Positions 11,679 to 25,313 of a stretch of 64,000 nt of DNA are shown piece after piece. Origin of the DNA: Octopus vulgaris (Eukaryota); contig OX597823.1 of NCBI GenBank assembly GCA_951406725.2, forward strand, positions 111,042,001-111,106,000, in the 5' to 3' direction. A model generated the notes under the pieces. It worked only from the letters and a program-made list of their open reading frames with translations, had not been told where the DNA came from and did not search any database. The stretch's first letter is position 1, and each line of letters opens with the position of its first letter. Made by a program: the position numbers and the translations under genes.

Positions 11679-12091
11679 GGCGTAGGAGTTGCTGTGTGGT
11701 AAGTAGCTTGCTAACCAACCACATGGTTCCGGGTTCAGTCCCACTGCGTGGCATCTTGGGCAAGTGTCTTCTGCTATAGACCCAGGCCGACCAATGCCTT
11801 GTGAGTGGATTTGGTAGACGGAAACTGAAAGAAGCCTGTCGTATATATGTATATATATATGTGTGTGTGTGTGTTTGTGTGTCTGTGTTTGTCCCCCTAG
11901 CATTTCTTGACAACCGATGCTGGTGTGTTTACGTGCCCGTCACGTAGCGGTTCGGCAAAAAGAGACCGATAGAGTAAGTACTGGGCTTACAAATAGAATA
12001 AGTCCCGAGGTCGATTTGCTCGACTAAAGGTGGTGCTGCAGCATGGCCGCAGTGAAATGACGGAAACAAGTAAAAGAGTAAAGTAAGAGTA
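11679..12091 (+). mobile_element. SINE family A, full length
   Basis: GGCGTAGGAG head to GTAAAAGAGTAA tail. Confidence 0.9.
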
Positions 12092-12257
12092 ATATTATCC
12101 GATGGGACTAAAAGACTTCTTGAAGTAAACAATATCCCACACAAGCAACTACTCACTAATAATATCAGATTATACATTGCAAGCATTGGAAAACTGCTTT
12201 ATCTCTCAGGAGTGAGCTATTTTGTGACTTATGGATAAACAACTGATTATACATACA

Positions 12258-12469
12258 CTCTTTTACTCTTTTACTTGTTTCAGTCATTTGACTGCGGCCA
12301 TGGTGGAGCACCGCCTTTAGTCGAGTAAATCGACCCCCAGGACTTATTCTTTGTAAGCCCAGTACTTATTCTATCGGTCTCTTTTGCCGAACCGCTAAGT
12401 GACGGGGACGTAAACACACCAGCATCGGTTGTCAAGCAATGCTAGGGGGACAAACACAGACACACAAAA

Positions 12470-12502
<33 letters not shown>

Positions 12503-12665
12503 CGACAGGCTTCTTTCAGTTTCCGTCTACCAAATCCTCTCACAAGGCATTGGTCGGCCCGGGGCTATAGCAGAAGACACTTGCCCAAGATGCCACGCAG
12601 TGGGACTGAACCCGGAACCATGTGGTTGGTTAGCGAGCTACTTACCACACAGCCACTCCTGCGCC
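12258..12665 (-). mobile_element. SINE family A, full length, inverted relative to the neighbouring copy
   Basis: Reverse complement of the family A consensus. Confidence 0.9.
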
Positions 12666-12786
<121 letters not shown>

Positions 12787-13102
12787 AACTCCATCACTTA
12801 CGAGGACAAAGGTTCCAGTTCATCTGATCAACAGAACAGCTTCCTTGTGAGATTAATGTGCAAGTGGCTGAGCACACCACAGACATGTGTACCCACTTCA
12901 CATACTTCTCAGAGAGATTCAGCATGACACAGAGTGTGACAAGGCTGGCCCCTTGAAATACAGGTAACACTCGTTTTTACCAGCTGAGTGGACTGGAGCA
13001 ACATGAAATAAAGTGTCTTGCTCAAGTACACAACACACTGCCAGGAACTGGACTTGTGAACCTACAATAGTAAGCCAAATACAATAGTAAGCCATGTGCC
13101 TT
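12787..13102 (-). mobile_element. tRNA-derived SINE family D
   Basis: Core CAGCTGAGTGGACTGGAGCAACATGAAATAAAGTGTCTTGCTCAAG is shared with 33660-33730 and 37655-37700; degenerate tRNA head ends GCCATGTGCC. Confidence 0.75.
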
Positions 13103-14889
13103 CATTATATATATACTATGTATAAAAGCCAAAAAGAAAAATCTTCACGAACTCTTATTCAGAGTTTCACATGACAATTCATGAGTTTGAAAAGGCATAA
13201 AGAATATCTTAGAATTAATAAGAATTTTATTGTACTTTAAAATATAGAATTACACTTTACTAGTTTCACACTAAACTTTCAAAAGTGTATTGTATATAAA
13301 ACTGTGTTGTGAATTATGTCTATTCTGGCTGCTGTTATAAGAATCGTTTGTCCTTCAAGTAGGAACGGGGCTCAGAATGCTCTCTGTTAATGTTCCAATT
13401 GATTGGTCAACTTTCATGTAGTAAGCTCATGTCACAGTTATTTGAGAAGTTTACACATGAATGCTATTCTCCGTTGAATATGTCATATGACAGTTAAAGA
13501 AGAGAGATATGAATAAGTGATATGATAATTGTTTACGTAAAAGTGTTATAAATAACTATTGGTTATCATTCTACCAAAGAATGTTATCAATTAGTACTTG
13601 TTCCCTCCCATTCAACATGTTAAAACATATACCTTCATAGTTAATAAGCTGTGAGGTATGTAGGATAATGAGGTGTGGAGTAAATAAGACAGATGATAGC
13701 TGCTACCTGAATTTTGCTTTTCTTAAGTATGAGTTCAAATAAATATTCTACAATAATTAATTCACAGGGAAAGGATTTCATGATTTACTGATGTTTTTAT
13801 AGTCTCTTCAGCAGTGGCTTGTATTTTTTAATAAATGGAGTTTTCTTATTAATTTTGTTTGGTCTCAAGTAGTGTCTTCACATCGATAGAATAGGAAAAT
13901 AATAATTTTAGGAAATTTCCTTTTCATGGATGTGTCCAGATAAGTGGAATTTGTCTAGTTTTGGGACCAGGTATTTGTTGACAATGAATATTTATTCCCT
14001 GCATCTATTGCATTTGATGGCTTACATTAAATTTTGTGAAAAAAAAAGTAAAATGGTTTTTCACAGTAATAACTCATCCTGATTCAAATTTATAAGTTGT
14101 GCTCTCAATAAGATTCTCACAAGTTCCACAATTTGGTCAACTACGCTTTAACTTGGAGTTGAGTATGTAGTTGTATTTTCTTGTTGGTAAGCAGTTTTTG
14201 TAGGGACTTTGGTTGCCTTTTGCATTTGATTATTTTGTAGGATTCAAGTGCCTTTCTAAGGGCTTGCCTCAATAAAAGTGTGTTCTGATGGATAATGCTT
14301 AATGCTTCTAAATTTCTTGGATTGTATGTTGTAATTAAAGATAGAGTTTTGGGTATATCTGAACTGTTTTTGGATTTTTGTAATTCTTCAATGACATTAT
14401 ATATATTATATAAAATCCGTTCTGTCTGTGTGTGTGTTCTAGGATCTCATGCATCCTCCATCCAATTGCGCTCAAAATTGATATGTAGATACCAACGGTA
14501 TCAGGGCGTGTATAAGTCTTGAAAAAAATTACAAAAATCGATTCCAGGTGAGAATGCGATCGATACAGGCAAATAAAGCCGAATAAAGCTGATAAAGCCA
14601 AATAAAATCGTTTTTCTTTGGAAAAGAAAAAAGTCTATCATTATTTATTCTTTTGCTGGTATCTCAAATTTAGGTTAAATCAGTGTTTCTCAATCGGGAG
14701 GCCTATAGGACGGTCGTACAAGTTGCTTTGAGAAAATTTGGTTTTGCTGTTTGACAACTAAGCACTGTCCACTGGATGGGGGGCGTTTTGCTCGTATATA
14801 TATATTTCATTTGTTCCCAAGCAAGTTAATATTTCACTGCATATATATATATATATATATTTACACACAGATATTTTTTTTATCTTTCA

Positions 14890-15040
14890 GTGGTTGAGGG
14901 TTGGGAACTGGAAGTGCATCTGGCCATAGAAAATCTTCCTCAATAAATTTTGAATGAGTCCATGACTCCATATAAATATAGAAAAGTGGATATTAACTGA
15001 TGATGATGATGACGACAATGACGATGATGATAATGATAAT
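14890..15040 (+). mobile_element. Degenerate RTE-type 3' tail ending in (GAT)n (family F-related)
   Basis: GGAAGTGCATCTGGCCATAGAAA...GAAAAGTGGATATTAA(TGA)n. Confidence 0.55.
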
Positions 15041-15565
15041 GCAGACGTCAGTCTGATATTAGAAATGCAAGATAAGGAAAACGCAATAATTTTCTACCAA
15101 TTATAATACAGTGCACAAATAGTCATATTGAAAACAATCTGATGAATTTGCTATGGATGTGTTTGGGGGAGGGAGAAAAATCTGTATTTTGCTCAGAATG
15201 TTCTACTTTCATATGTTGTGCATAAATACACACCCACCCACACTACCACACATAGATATGCATGTGTTGTGTATGCATATGTGTATGCATGTGTGTATGT
15301 TATGTGTGTACATTGAATATACTTATATATAAATATACTGCAGTTTGGAAATATCTCACAAGCATTTTGCAACACTTGTGTGTCACTGAGGGCTGAAGCT
15401 ATTGAAGGAGAGATCAGTTTCTTCAGCAATCTAGAGCGGAGTTCATCTTAATACTGCACAATATGCTAGAACCTTGGAAAGAAATTCTTTTCAGGGGTGT
15501 AGAATGGGGAATAACTTGATAGTTGCACTGGATATCTCTGACAGTCTGAGATTTTAGTGCTTTAA

Positions 15566-15787
15566 CCCTTTAGTGTTTGCATTATTCTGCCAAAATTAAT
15601 GCTTCTTCATCCACATTGTTTGGAACTAATCATTCATTAATCTTGTAGCTATGAGATTTTGATGAGGTAGCTGTTAATTTTTAAAATGATATTGTAGGGT
15701 TGGTGTGAGAGACCAGATCTGGCCAGTTTGTACATAAAACAGGCAGAATACTTTTGGCCGGATATGGCTGGTTTAAATGCTAAAGGT
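15566..15787. mobile_element. Non-autonomous piggyBac-type MITE
   Basis: TTAA|CCCTTTAGTGTTT ... AAATGCTAAAGGT|TTAA. Confidence 0.75.
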
Positions 15788-15929
15788 TTAAATCACTTGA
15801 ACTCCTGATCAGAGTTTTTTTTACTTATTCATTATATATTTGATTTATCTTTTAATAAACAATTGACTAAATTTTTTGTTTATTGAAAATGAATTTTTTT
15901 CTATTTTTTTCTTTCATAAATGCTCCCTA

Positions 15930-16233
15930 CAGACATGGCTGTGTGTTAAGAAGTTTGCTTCCCAGCCACATGGTTCCAGGTTCAATCACACTTTGTGATA
16001 CTTTACACCAGCCAAAGTTCTCTTAATGGATTTGGTAGATGAAAACTATAAGAAGCCTGCTGCATATATATATAAGTGTGTAGCTGCATGTGTGTGCATA
16101 TATATGTATATATAAGTGTGTATGTCTTTGTGTTTGTGCTTGTCCCAACTATTACTTTAGAACCAGTTATACCTTGTTTACATCACAGAACTTAGTGGTT
16201 TAGCAAAAGAAATCAAGAGAATAATTATCAGGC
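15930..16233 (+). mobile_element. SINE family A, old diverged copy truncated by the next element
   Basis: CATGGCTGTGTGTTAAGAAGTTTGCTTCCCAGCCACATGGTTCC... Confidence 0.75.
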
Positions 16234-16388
16234 CACATTATTTACATTATTTACATTTGACAGATATTTGTCCTCATCTTGTTTGTTGTTAACACAACGT
16301 TTCGGCTGATATACCCTCCAGCCTTCTTCAGGTGTCTTGGGGAAATTTCGAACCTGGATTCTCATTCCTAAGGTATTTTTCAATGTTG

Positions 16389-16463
<75 letters not shown>

Positions 16464-16514
16464 TCACTGCCTGGAATCTTGGGGTTAGTAGCCTGTGCTC
16501 TTAACCACTACACC
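16234..16514 (-). mobile_element. Solo tRNA-headed, hammerhead-containing unit (family C; same as the 3' repeat of the PLE at 34550-35321)
   Basis: Minus strand reads GGTGTAGTGGTTAAGAGCACAGGCTACTAACCCCAAG, then (AAT)n, the hammerhead and an (AATGTAAAT)n tail. Confidence 0.85.
16291..16337 (-). ncRNA. Minimal type I hammerhead ribozyme motif
   Basis: GACAC-CUGAAGA-A-GGCUGG agggUaUa UCAGCC-GAAAC-GUU/GUGUU: stem I GACAC:GUGUU, 6-bp stem II, palindromic ACGU stem III as in PLE hammerheads. Confidence 0.75.
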
Positions 16515-17081
16515 TGATAAAAAATACATGAAATATGTTAAAACTAATAACCTATGCCTTTTAGGATTGTTTGAATCATGAAATTTCTCCTTTTTTTTTG
16601 TAAGTCCATATAAATTAGAAAATCTTTTTATTTTGCTATCTGTTGCAATTGTAAGTTATTAGCTGTAGATTTTCATCTGTGTCGCCATCAAATTCTTCAT
16701 TATGATCATCCTTGTCTCCACCATTATCATCATCATCATCATCATGGTGATGTTGTCATCATCTTTGTCATCACTATGGTCATCGTAATTGTTGTGATCC
16801 TCTTCCTCCTCCTCCTCAACTCCACCCCACCCTGCCTCCTCCTCACCTCTTCCTCCCCTCATCCTCCTCATTCTCATCATCATCATAATCGACATCATTA
16901 TTGTCATCATTATCAATGTTTAAAGCCTTTTTTTTTTTACTCTTGTACAAACTGAACTGTTTGCCACCACAATTTGATTTTTATAAGAAAAGCAAGAACA
17001 GATATCCTGAAAGATTAATTTGATTTAATTTATTTCCCTTATTTCAGCATGGCTAAATCATAACAACCATAACAACCGATA

Positions 17082-17790
17082 TCATCATCATTTATCATCC
17101 GTTTTCCATGCTGGCATGGGTTGAACAGTTTGACTAATGACTGGCAAGCCAGTAGGCCGCATCAGGCTCCAATCTGATCTGGCAAGGTTTCTTCAGCTGG
17201 ATACCCTTCCTAATGCCAAAAACTCTGAGCGTATAGTGGGTGCTCTTTACATGACACCAGCATGGGGGCCAGTGAGGCAACACTGGCATCAACCACCTTT
17301 GGATGGTACCTTTTATGTGCTACAGGCACAGGATCCAGTTAGGCAGCACTGGCATTGACCACGTTTGGATGGTGCTTTTTACATGCCACTGGCACAGGAG
17401 CCAATCAGTTGGCACTGGCATGAACCATGTTTGGATGGTGATTTTACATGCTACCAGCATGGGAGCCAGTCAGGTGGCACTGGCATCAACCACGTTCAGA
17501 TAGTGCTGTTTATGTGCCACCGGATGAGAGCCGGTCAGGTGATACTGGCATCAACCACATTTGGTTGGTGCTTTTTAAGTGCCACCAGCACAGGAGCCAG
17601 TCAGGTGGTACTGGCATCAACCCACACTTGAATGGTGCTAATTACATGCCACCAGCATGTGTGCCAGTCAGGCACCATGACTACGATTTCATTTGACTCA
17701 ACAGGTCTTCTCAAGCACAGCACATTGCTCGACAATTCAAGGGTACTTTTAAAAGGGCTGGTTATGCAACACTAGCATCAGCCATGGAAG
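17082..17790 (-). mobile_element. Family F retroelement: RTE-like 3' tail plus internal ~66-bp minisatellite
   Basis: (CAT)n...TTTCCATGCTGGCATGGGTTG...CAGCTGGATACCCTTCCTAATGCCAA followed by ~6.5 tandem units starting at 17239, 17305, 17371, 17437, 17502, 17567 and 17634. Confidence 0.8.
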
Positions 17791-18791
17791 TTATTAAGTT
17801 TTCAAAGGAATTTATAAAACACATCGGTCATTAGTGGCCAGTACTAACTCATAATTTGCTATAGACAAAAGTATTTAAATTTTAGTATGTTTTGTAGTAA
17901 ATTATTGGAGTTAGTTCATAGTTGAGTGCAACGCATTTAGTGATGTCATTTTTTTTTTTTTGTTTTGCTTCTAGGTTTTTGGTTTTTATCAGTATTGGAT
18001 TGATATAATACACATTATGGCTGGTTCATATTTTTAATAGTTGTAGAATCTGATGTGTTTGTTGTGTTGTATTCATGTTTCTATTGTTCTATTGTTCTTT
18101 GGCTTGGTCAGTTAGTTTGTTCACTGTAATTGTTATCCTTTTAAAATGAAATTTAACTATACTTCCCATATTGAGTTCATTGTTTTGCTAACGCCTCTTG
18201 TTTGAATTTTCAATAAAAAAGCAATATTAATATATATATCTGTATTTGTAAGTTACTATATATAAATGCAAATGTGTGTATACATGTCAGTATATATATA
18301 TGCATTTACATATATATATAAATATATATATATATGTATGTATATATATGCCTATGTGAGTATGTTTATTCATATACACATTTATACATACATGCATATA
18401 GACACAAACAAAACATACATATTTAATGTAGTGCCAAACTGCTGTATCTGATAGTCTGTTAGGTTTATAATTTGAGATATAAAGATATAAAGAAAATATT
18501 TGCCACCATTTTAACAGTGTTTTGCCACCATTTTCTCCAAAAGTTCCATTTTACATTAATTTTTTACTCTATCAATTTACTATATTTTCGATTTGAAATT
18601 CTTCCCTTCAGCATGGTTCTTACCATTTATGTGATGGTGTAATATTTCCTTTGAACTACATTTCTTTGTCTCTCTCTCTCTCTCACTCTCTCTTTCTGAT
18701 TGATATCTTGTTGCTTTTCCTCTTTTTCTCACTCTTGTTCATTATATCATGTCTCACTCACTTTCCATATATTTCATCGTATGTATAAATT

Positions 18792-18832
<41 letters not shown>

Positions 18833-18840
18833 CATATATG

Positions 18841-18891
<51 letters not shown>

Positions 18892-18898
18892 GTATATA

Positions 18899-18937
<39 letters not shown>

Positions 18938-18966
18938 ATATATATATGTATGTATATATATATATG

Positions 18967-18998
<32 letters not shown>

Positions 18999-19771
18999 CA
19001 TATCTACACACACATATTCAGATAAAAAAATAAATGTATATGTAGTACTTATGTCTCATGTGCATATATAACGTGTATGTATATATATATATGTGTGTTG
19101 AGTGTATGTATGCATAAGCATACACATTCATACAAAGCCTGTTCTAGATATATGTATTTCTGTGTGCTTAAGAAGCTAGGATAAACATTTCAAAATCAAA
19201 TTGAACACCATACACTGGTGTTTTTGCCTGCAGCTAGAAATATCATTAACGATTCTATAACAATATATATCGGTAGACTAGCACATATCTACCTTTATGG
19301 ATACAAACATACATACATACATATAAATATAAGCATGTGCATGTGTGTATTGATATAGTTCTAGTATAACTGAGAATATTGTTACTTGGAGTTTCCTATA
19401 TGGATTATACCAAACAATTGATGGACACTGTTAAACCAATCCATTGATTGCCAAGAAAATTTTCTGATATGAAACTCTGAATAACTATGTCCTAAGCTAT
19501 ATCAGGATTATATCAGAACAAATGCTTCTCTCTACATCTGTATCAACTGTTCATTTTATGACTTATGTAAATCCATTTTCATTATTGTTTGGTTTGGAAG
19601 AGTTGTATTTCATTATAGTTAATAAGTCCTACAAATATTCACCGGTTGTTGTTTGTCTATATCTTTCTTCTTTTTTCCAAAGCCATTGTTCCTTTATCTT
19701 GCCCGAAATATTTTTCGTTACATCAACCTGTAGCTCTTTTGAGATGACGCACAGGAAATATAAAAACTTAC

Positions 19772-19804
19772 TATGGGAAAGATCCAGCACATTGCTGTTT
19801 CCAT
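19772..19804 (-). other. Candidate 33-nt microexon
   Basis: Branch-like CTAAT, acceptor GCTTTTGCAG, exon ATGGAAACAGCAATGTGCTGGATCTTTCCCATA, donor GTAAGT; open in all three frames. Confidence 0.3.
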
Positions 19805-20108
19805 CTGCAAAAGCATTTTTATTAGCATTGGTTACTCATCTTAACATGCCATCAATATGCTAGTAGCTATGGAAGTATGGCTAAAAATTACATGTGGCAA
19901 CAAACAAATCCTCTATTCACATTGCATAAACCTGTGGCCAATAAGCACCCTGCCTTCCAGAGCTATGTCATGTCAACAAACCTCAAAATAAATATTTCAG
20001 CTGATGATCTTGTGGGTGATATGAGAAATGTGTCCAACTTATGAAGGGAGAAAGCATGTGCAGGATTTCATCCATTGCATGTAGTCTCCATATACAACAG
20101 TGGCCATA

Positions 20109-20535
20109 GGCGCATGAGTGGCTATAGGCGCAGGAGTGGCTGTGTGGTAAGTAGCTTGCTTACCAACCACATGGTTCCGGGTTCAGTCCCACAGCGTGGC
20201 ATCTTGGGCAAGTGTCTTCTGCTATAGCCCCGGGCCAACCAATGCCTTGTGAGTGGATTTGGTAGACGGAAACTGAAAGAAGCCTGCCGTATATATGTAT
20301 ATATATATGTGTGTGTATGTGTTTATGTTTGTGTGTCTGTGTTTGTCCCCCTAGCATTGCTTGACAACCGATGCTGGTGTGTTTACGTCCCCGTCACTTA
20401 GCGGTTCGGCAAAAGAGACTGATAGAATAAGTACTGGGCTTACAAAGAATAAGTCCCGGGGTCGATTTGCTCGACTAATGGCGGTGCTCCAGCATGGCTG
20501 CAGTCAAATGACTGAAACAAGTAAAAGAGTAAAGA
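20109..20535 (+). mobile_element. SINE family A with an 18-bp tandem duplication of its 5' end
   Basis: ATAGGCGCATGAGTGGCT-ATAGGCGCAGGAGTGGCT followed by a full body. Confidence 0.9.
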
Positions 20536-21330
20536 TTAAAGTACATAAAGGAGTTGGAAAACATTTGAAACCGTTGTTAATAATGATGTTAATGAAGTGA
20601 ACTCCATGTACTGGAGAAAATTCTGGTATGATCAGGAGAAAAAGAAATTGCCTCAAAGAAAAGAAATTGCCTGAAAGTATCCAGTAGGAGAGTGGAGTGT
20701 AAGACATTGTAAATATGCTCAAGCAAGTGCCAACTACCGTTTGCAAATGTAACCAGGTGGATCTAGACAAAACTTCAATCAGTTATACAAGGCATACTAA
20801 ATTTATATGTTAGTTTAGTTGATATGGATAACATTGTGTACATAATTTCAGTCAGTTTGTTATACTGATCACAACTTGGTGATATGTATGGCCAATGCAC
20901 TTGGAACCCATAGATGGGGCCAGTTTACTAGAAACATCATTTTCAGTGTGAGAATCTTCCAGTAACAATGAGCAAAGTAGTTAAGTAGGAGATGATGGAG
21001 ATAATATGTATCAACACCAATGAGCTCCTTTTAATGCAGCACACGACTTGGTGTGAGTAGTGTGCCTGTAATCTTTAGGGATGTTCTGGAGAGGAACAAT
21101 CAAGTGGGGGTGTACTCAACAAGGTTGATAAGAAGTGGAAAGACAAGTGGTTGAAGAGTTTCTGACCAGCAACATCTGAGGAACAGGAGCCATTATTGTA
21201 GAAATAGAAATGGATGAAAGAAAAATTGTGCTTGTGAGGAAGAGTGATTTAAAAGCAGTTTAGTTGATATAGACGTAGATATACCAACAAAGATGGGTTT
21301 GTTGTAGATGATACATTCATCATCATTTAA

Positions 21331-21546
21331 GGCAGTGAGCTGGCCGGGTGAAATGCTTAGCAGTATTTCATCTGCCGCTACGTTCTGAGTTCAAATTCCA
21401 CTGAGGTCAACTTTGCCTTTCATCCTTTCGGGGTCGATTAAATAGTACCAGTTACGCACTGGGGTCGATATAATCAACTTAATCCGTTTGTCTGTCCTTG
21501 TTTGTCCTCTCTGTGTTTAGCCCCTTGTGGGTAGTAGAGAAATAGA
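21331..21546 (+). mobile_element. SINE family B
   Basis: Matches the family B body and the TTTAGCCCCTTGTGGGTAGTA tail. Confidence 0.85.
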
Positions 21547-22323
21547 TACATCATTCATCATAGGACTAACATCAGGGCTGATCTAAATATAAACAAAAAC
21601 AACTACATCATCAAAATAAACAACTGCATGTTTGGCTCAGAAGGTCTGTGCTTTGATTAAAAATAATTTCATACCAACAACAATTTTTACTAAGAGAGGA
21701 TCTACCATGTCAGAATAAAAGATGAGATTGTCACAATGAGAAGATTTTTCTACCATTGGTTTACTGGGTAAGGATTGATCTGGCACTAAAAAACAACAGC
21801 AAAAAGTGCATGACTGACTCATCTAAATTCTGTTTTGATTAGAAATCTCTCCATCACAGCTAGTTTTCACTGGCAAAAACTGGAGTTGATCCTAATCATA
21901 TGACTGTATTAAATGCCACAAATTGTATGAAGGAGTAGACAAGACATATGACAAGTGTCTGCTGCCAGCATTTATTTGTCTCTTGCATGGTGTCCGAGCA
22001 TCATCGCTGCATACATCGTCATTGTACGCATCACCAACATCATCGTTGTCATCATTGGAAGTATCGCTGACATGGAGATATTTATCATGGATTTCTGTCA
22101 CATTAAAGTTATATACAAATATATATATATGTGTATATATACAGAGAGAGAGAGGGGGAGAGGGGGAGAGAGAAAGAGAAAGAGAGAGAGAAAAATAGGT
22201 ATGTGTATGTATATAATTGTATGACTATATTTGTATGTATGCATGTACATATGTATATACGTATATACATATGTGTGTATATATATATATGTGTGTGTGT
22301 GTGTGTATACATATATATATATA

Positions 22324-22363
<40 letters not shown>

Positions 22364-22774
22364 TATATGTATACATATATATACATACATACACTTACAT
22401 ATATATAAGTGCGTGTGTAAGTGCAAATTACTCATATATACATGCATATACAAATATACAAACATATGTAACAGACATTAGTTTTCACTGTCCTGTCTCT
22501 AAGATACTGCAGTGCTGTGTAATACTTATAACCATCATCATCATCATCATCATCATAATCCTCCTTCTCCTCATCATCATCATAGACAGCAGCAGCAGCA
22601 AGAGTGTCATCTTTACTATACATGCTGTCATCATCATCCTAACCACCACCACCACCACCACCACCACCACCACCACCACCACCACCGCCATCATCGACAT
22701 GAATAAATGAAACTGAGCAACAGATAATCCATCTAAAAATGAGAAACGACAAAAAAAAAAAACTAAATATAACC

Positions 22775-22814
<40 letters not shown>

Positions 22815-23402
22815 TCACAAATTTATAATAAATCTAAAAACAGAATCAAAAATCCCCCACTCCATATTCCACCCCTCAAAATACCCTGCAAGTCCACTGA
22901 AATAATAAAAAAAGAAAATGCAAAAAAAAAAAATAAAGAAAATAAACAACATACTATAATAACAACAACAACAACAACAACAACAATGATAAGGCTGAGA
23001 AGATGAAAACTAAAAATTGATCATACGACATTAATATATTCCAAACCATTGTAATAACGTGAAATATGAAACCATGATGGGTTGGTTCTCTCTCATGTTT
23101 TATTCAATTATTGACTCAATAGATTGAATGCTGAAATCAGAGACCACATTAGACATACAACACCTTGCGCAAAGCTTCACCGAAACCAACTTCCCTCTCT
23201 CTGTTGCTCTCCCTCTCTCTACTCTCCTTACTCTCCTTACTCTCCTTCTGATATCTTCATATCTTGGACTTGATCATCATTTCTTTATTTTACCATAAAC
23301 AGTATAAATGGAAACATGTTAATTCATTTGGATATGTAAATATATATATACATACCCACCTATATATATCTATACATGCATGCATCTTTATATATATATA
23401 TG

Positions 23403-23437
<35 letters not shown>

Positions 23438-23682
23438 GTATATGTATGTATGCATGTATGTGTGTGTTTTTCTATACAGTCACACACACATACACATATA
23501 AAGATATACATGGATATCATATATGCAGATGGGTAGATACGTAGATAACTAGCAATAGATACACATATATATCTGTATGCAAGCAGGGTATATATTACAT
23601 TATTAAGATATATATATATATATGTATAATATATTTATGTATTTATATGCATAAAAGTACACATACATGTATATTCTTGTAT

Positions 23683-24057
23683 TCTTTTATTCATTTAAAG
23701 GTTTCAGTCATTTGACTGTAGCCATGCTGGAGCACCACCTTTAGTTGAACAATTTAACTCAAGAATAATTCTTTGTAAGCCTAGTACTTATTGTATCAGT
23801 CTCTTTTGCTGAACCACTAAGTTAAAGGGATGTGAACACACCAACATCAGTTGTCAAGTGATGGTGGGGGGACAAACAAAGACACAAAGACATATATACG
23901 ATGGGCTTCTTTCAGTTTCCATCTACGAAATCCACTCACAAGGCTTTGGTTGGCTCGAGGCTATAGCAGAAGACACTTGCCCAGAGTGCCACACAGTGGG
24001 TCTGAACCCGGACCCATGTGGTTGGTTAGCAAGCTACTTACCACACAGCCACTCCCT
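23683..24057 (-). mobile_element. SINE family A
   Basis: Reverse-complement match to family A. Confidence 0.85.
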
Positions 24058-24721
24058 TGTGAAAATATAATTTAGTCATTTAGAATATAATTGACAATAT
24101 CAATATAATTGTCAATTATCAATAACATTTTCCCTGTTGTCGGAATTCTTGGGCCAACACATCAGGTTCTTTAGAAGGAAAAAATGTTTGGAAAATATTT
24201 TTGACATCACCTTAGGTTTTACCTGAAGGTTTTACCAATCATAGAGGGTTCTAGTGACTTGAATAACTGAAAGCTGATAGTGTTAGATGTGTGAGTAGTA
24301 CAGGTGAGCTGAAGCTTCTTAGCCTAATGAATTTATCTTTTCTTTGTTTAACTATTGTGAATGTGGATTTGCATTATTGTGTTGCAAGATGAGGGACCCA
24401 CTTAATTTCTCTTTGCACTTTCCCAATGTGCTTGGGATTATCTTGCACAGCGGACCAACATTTATAAAGCCTCTGGTATAAATCCCTGATAGTTTGTTAT
24501 GGATCCTCTTCAGTTGTTATTTTCACTGCATCATTTTTGAGGATGGTGGGTTTTCCACAGCGATATCCATCCAAAAGGCAGAAAACAATGACTTTGGATT
24601 TCCAAACGTGCGCGCGCACACACACACACACACACACAAAAACACTCATGCACACACACTCACATACACACAAACACACAAACATGCATACACACACACG
24701 CACAAATGTATGATATATATA

Positions 24722-25108
24722 GGCGCAGAAGTGGCTGTGTGATAAGTAGCTTGCTTACCAACCACATGGTTCCGGATTCAGTCCCACAGCGTGATGCCTT
24801 GGGCAAAGCGTCTTCTACTATAACCTTGGGCCGACCAAAGCCTTGTGAGTGGATTTGGTAAATGGAAACTGAATGAAGCCCGTCATAAATATGTATATGT
24901 ATATATATATAAGTGTGTGTGTGTCTGTGTTTGTCCCCACAACATCGCTTAACAACCTAAGCTGGTTGTTAACAACTTAGCAGTTCGGCAAAAGAGACCG
25001 ATAGAATAAGTACTAGGCTTACAATGAATAAGTTCTGGGGTCGATTTGCTTGACGAAAAGGCAGTGCTACAGCATGGCCATAGTCAAATGAGTGAATCAA
25101 GTAAAAGA
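24722..25108 (+). mobile_element. SINE family A
   Basis: Family A match. Confidence 0.88.
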
Positions 25109-25258
25109 CATATGGATGTCTGATACATATGTCCATGTATATGTGTGTCTGTATGTGTGTGTGTGCATGTGTGTGTGTAGATATATATATATATATACAG
25201 ACACATACATGCACACACACACACACATATACATATATTCATACATATATACATATAT

Positions 25259-25313
<55 letters not shown>

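Noticed and set aside
13260-14520. Possible ancient LINE body (also 20540-21300 and 32830-34540)
   Set aside because: Compositional skew only; no diagnostic motif could be recovered by eye.
14500-14740. Mariner-like end TATCAGGGCGTGTATAAGTC and hAT-like CAGTGTTTCTCAA
   Set aside because: No clear matching opposite TIR or TSD.
17239-17670. CRISPR-like regularly spaced repeats
   Set aside because: Entire units are homologous with no unique spacers, no cas genes, and a eukaryotic retroelement context.
21892-22101. Acidic minus-strand ORF EIHDKYLHVSDTSNDDNDD as an exon
   Set aside because: Plausibly a decayed (GAT)n tract; no convincing donor or recognisable homology.
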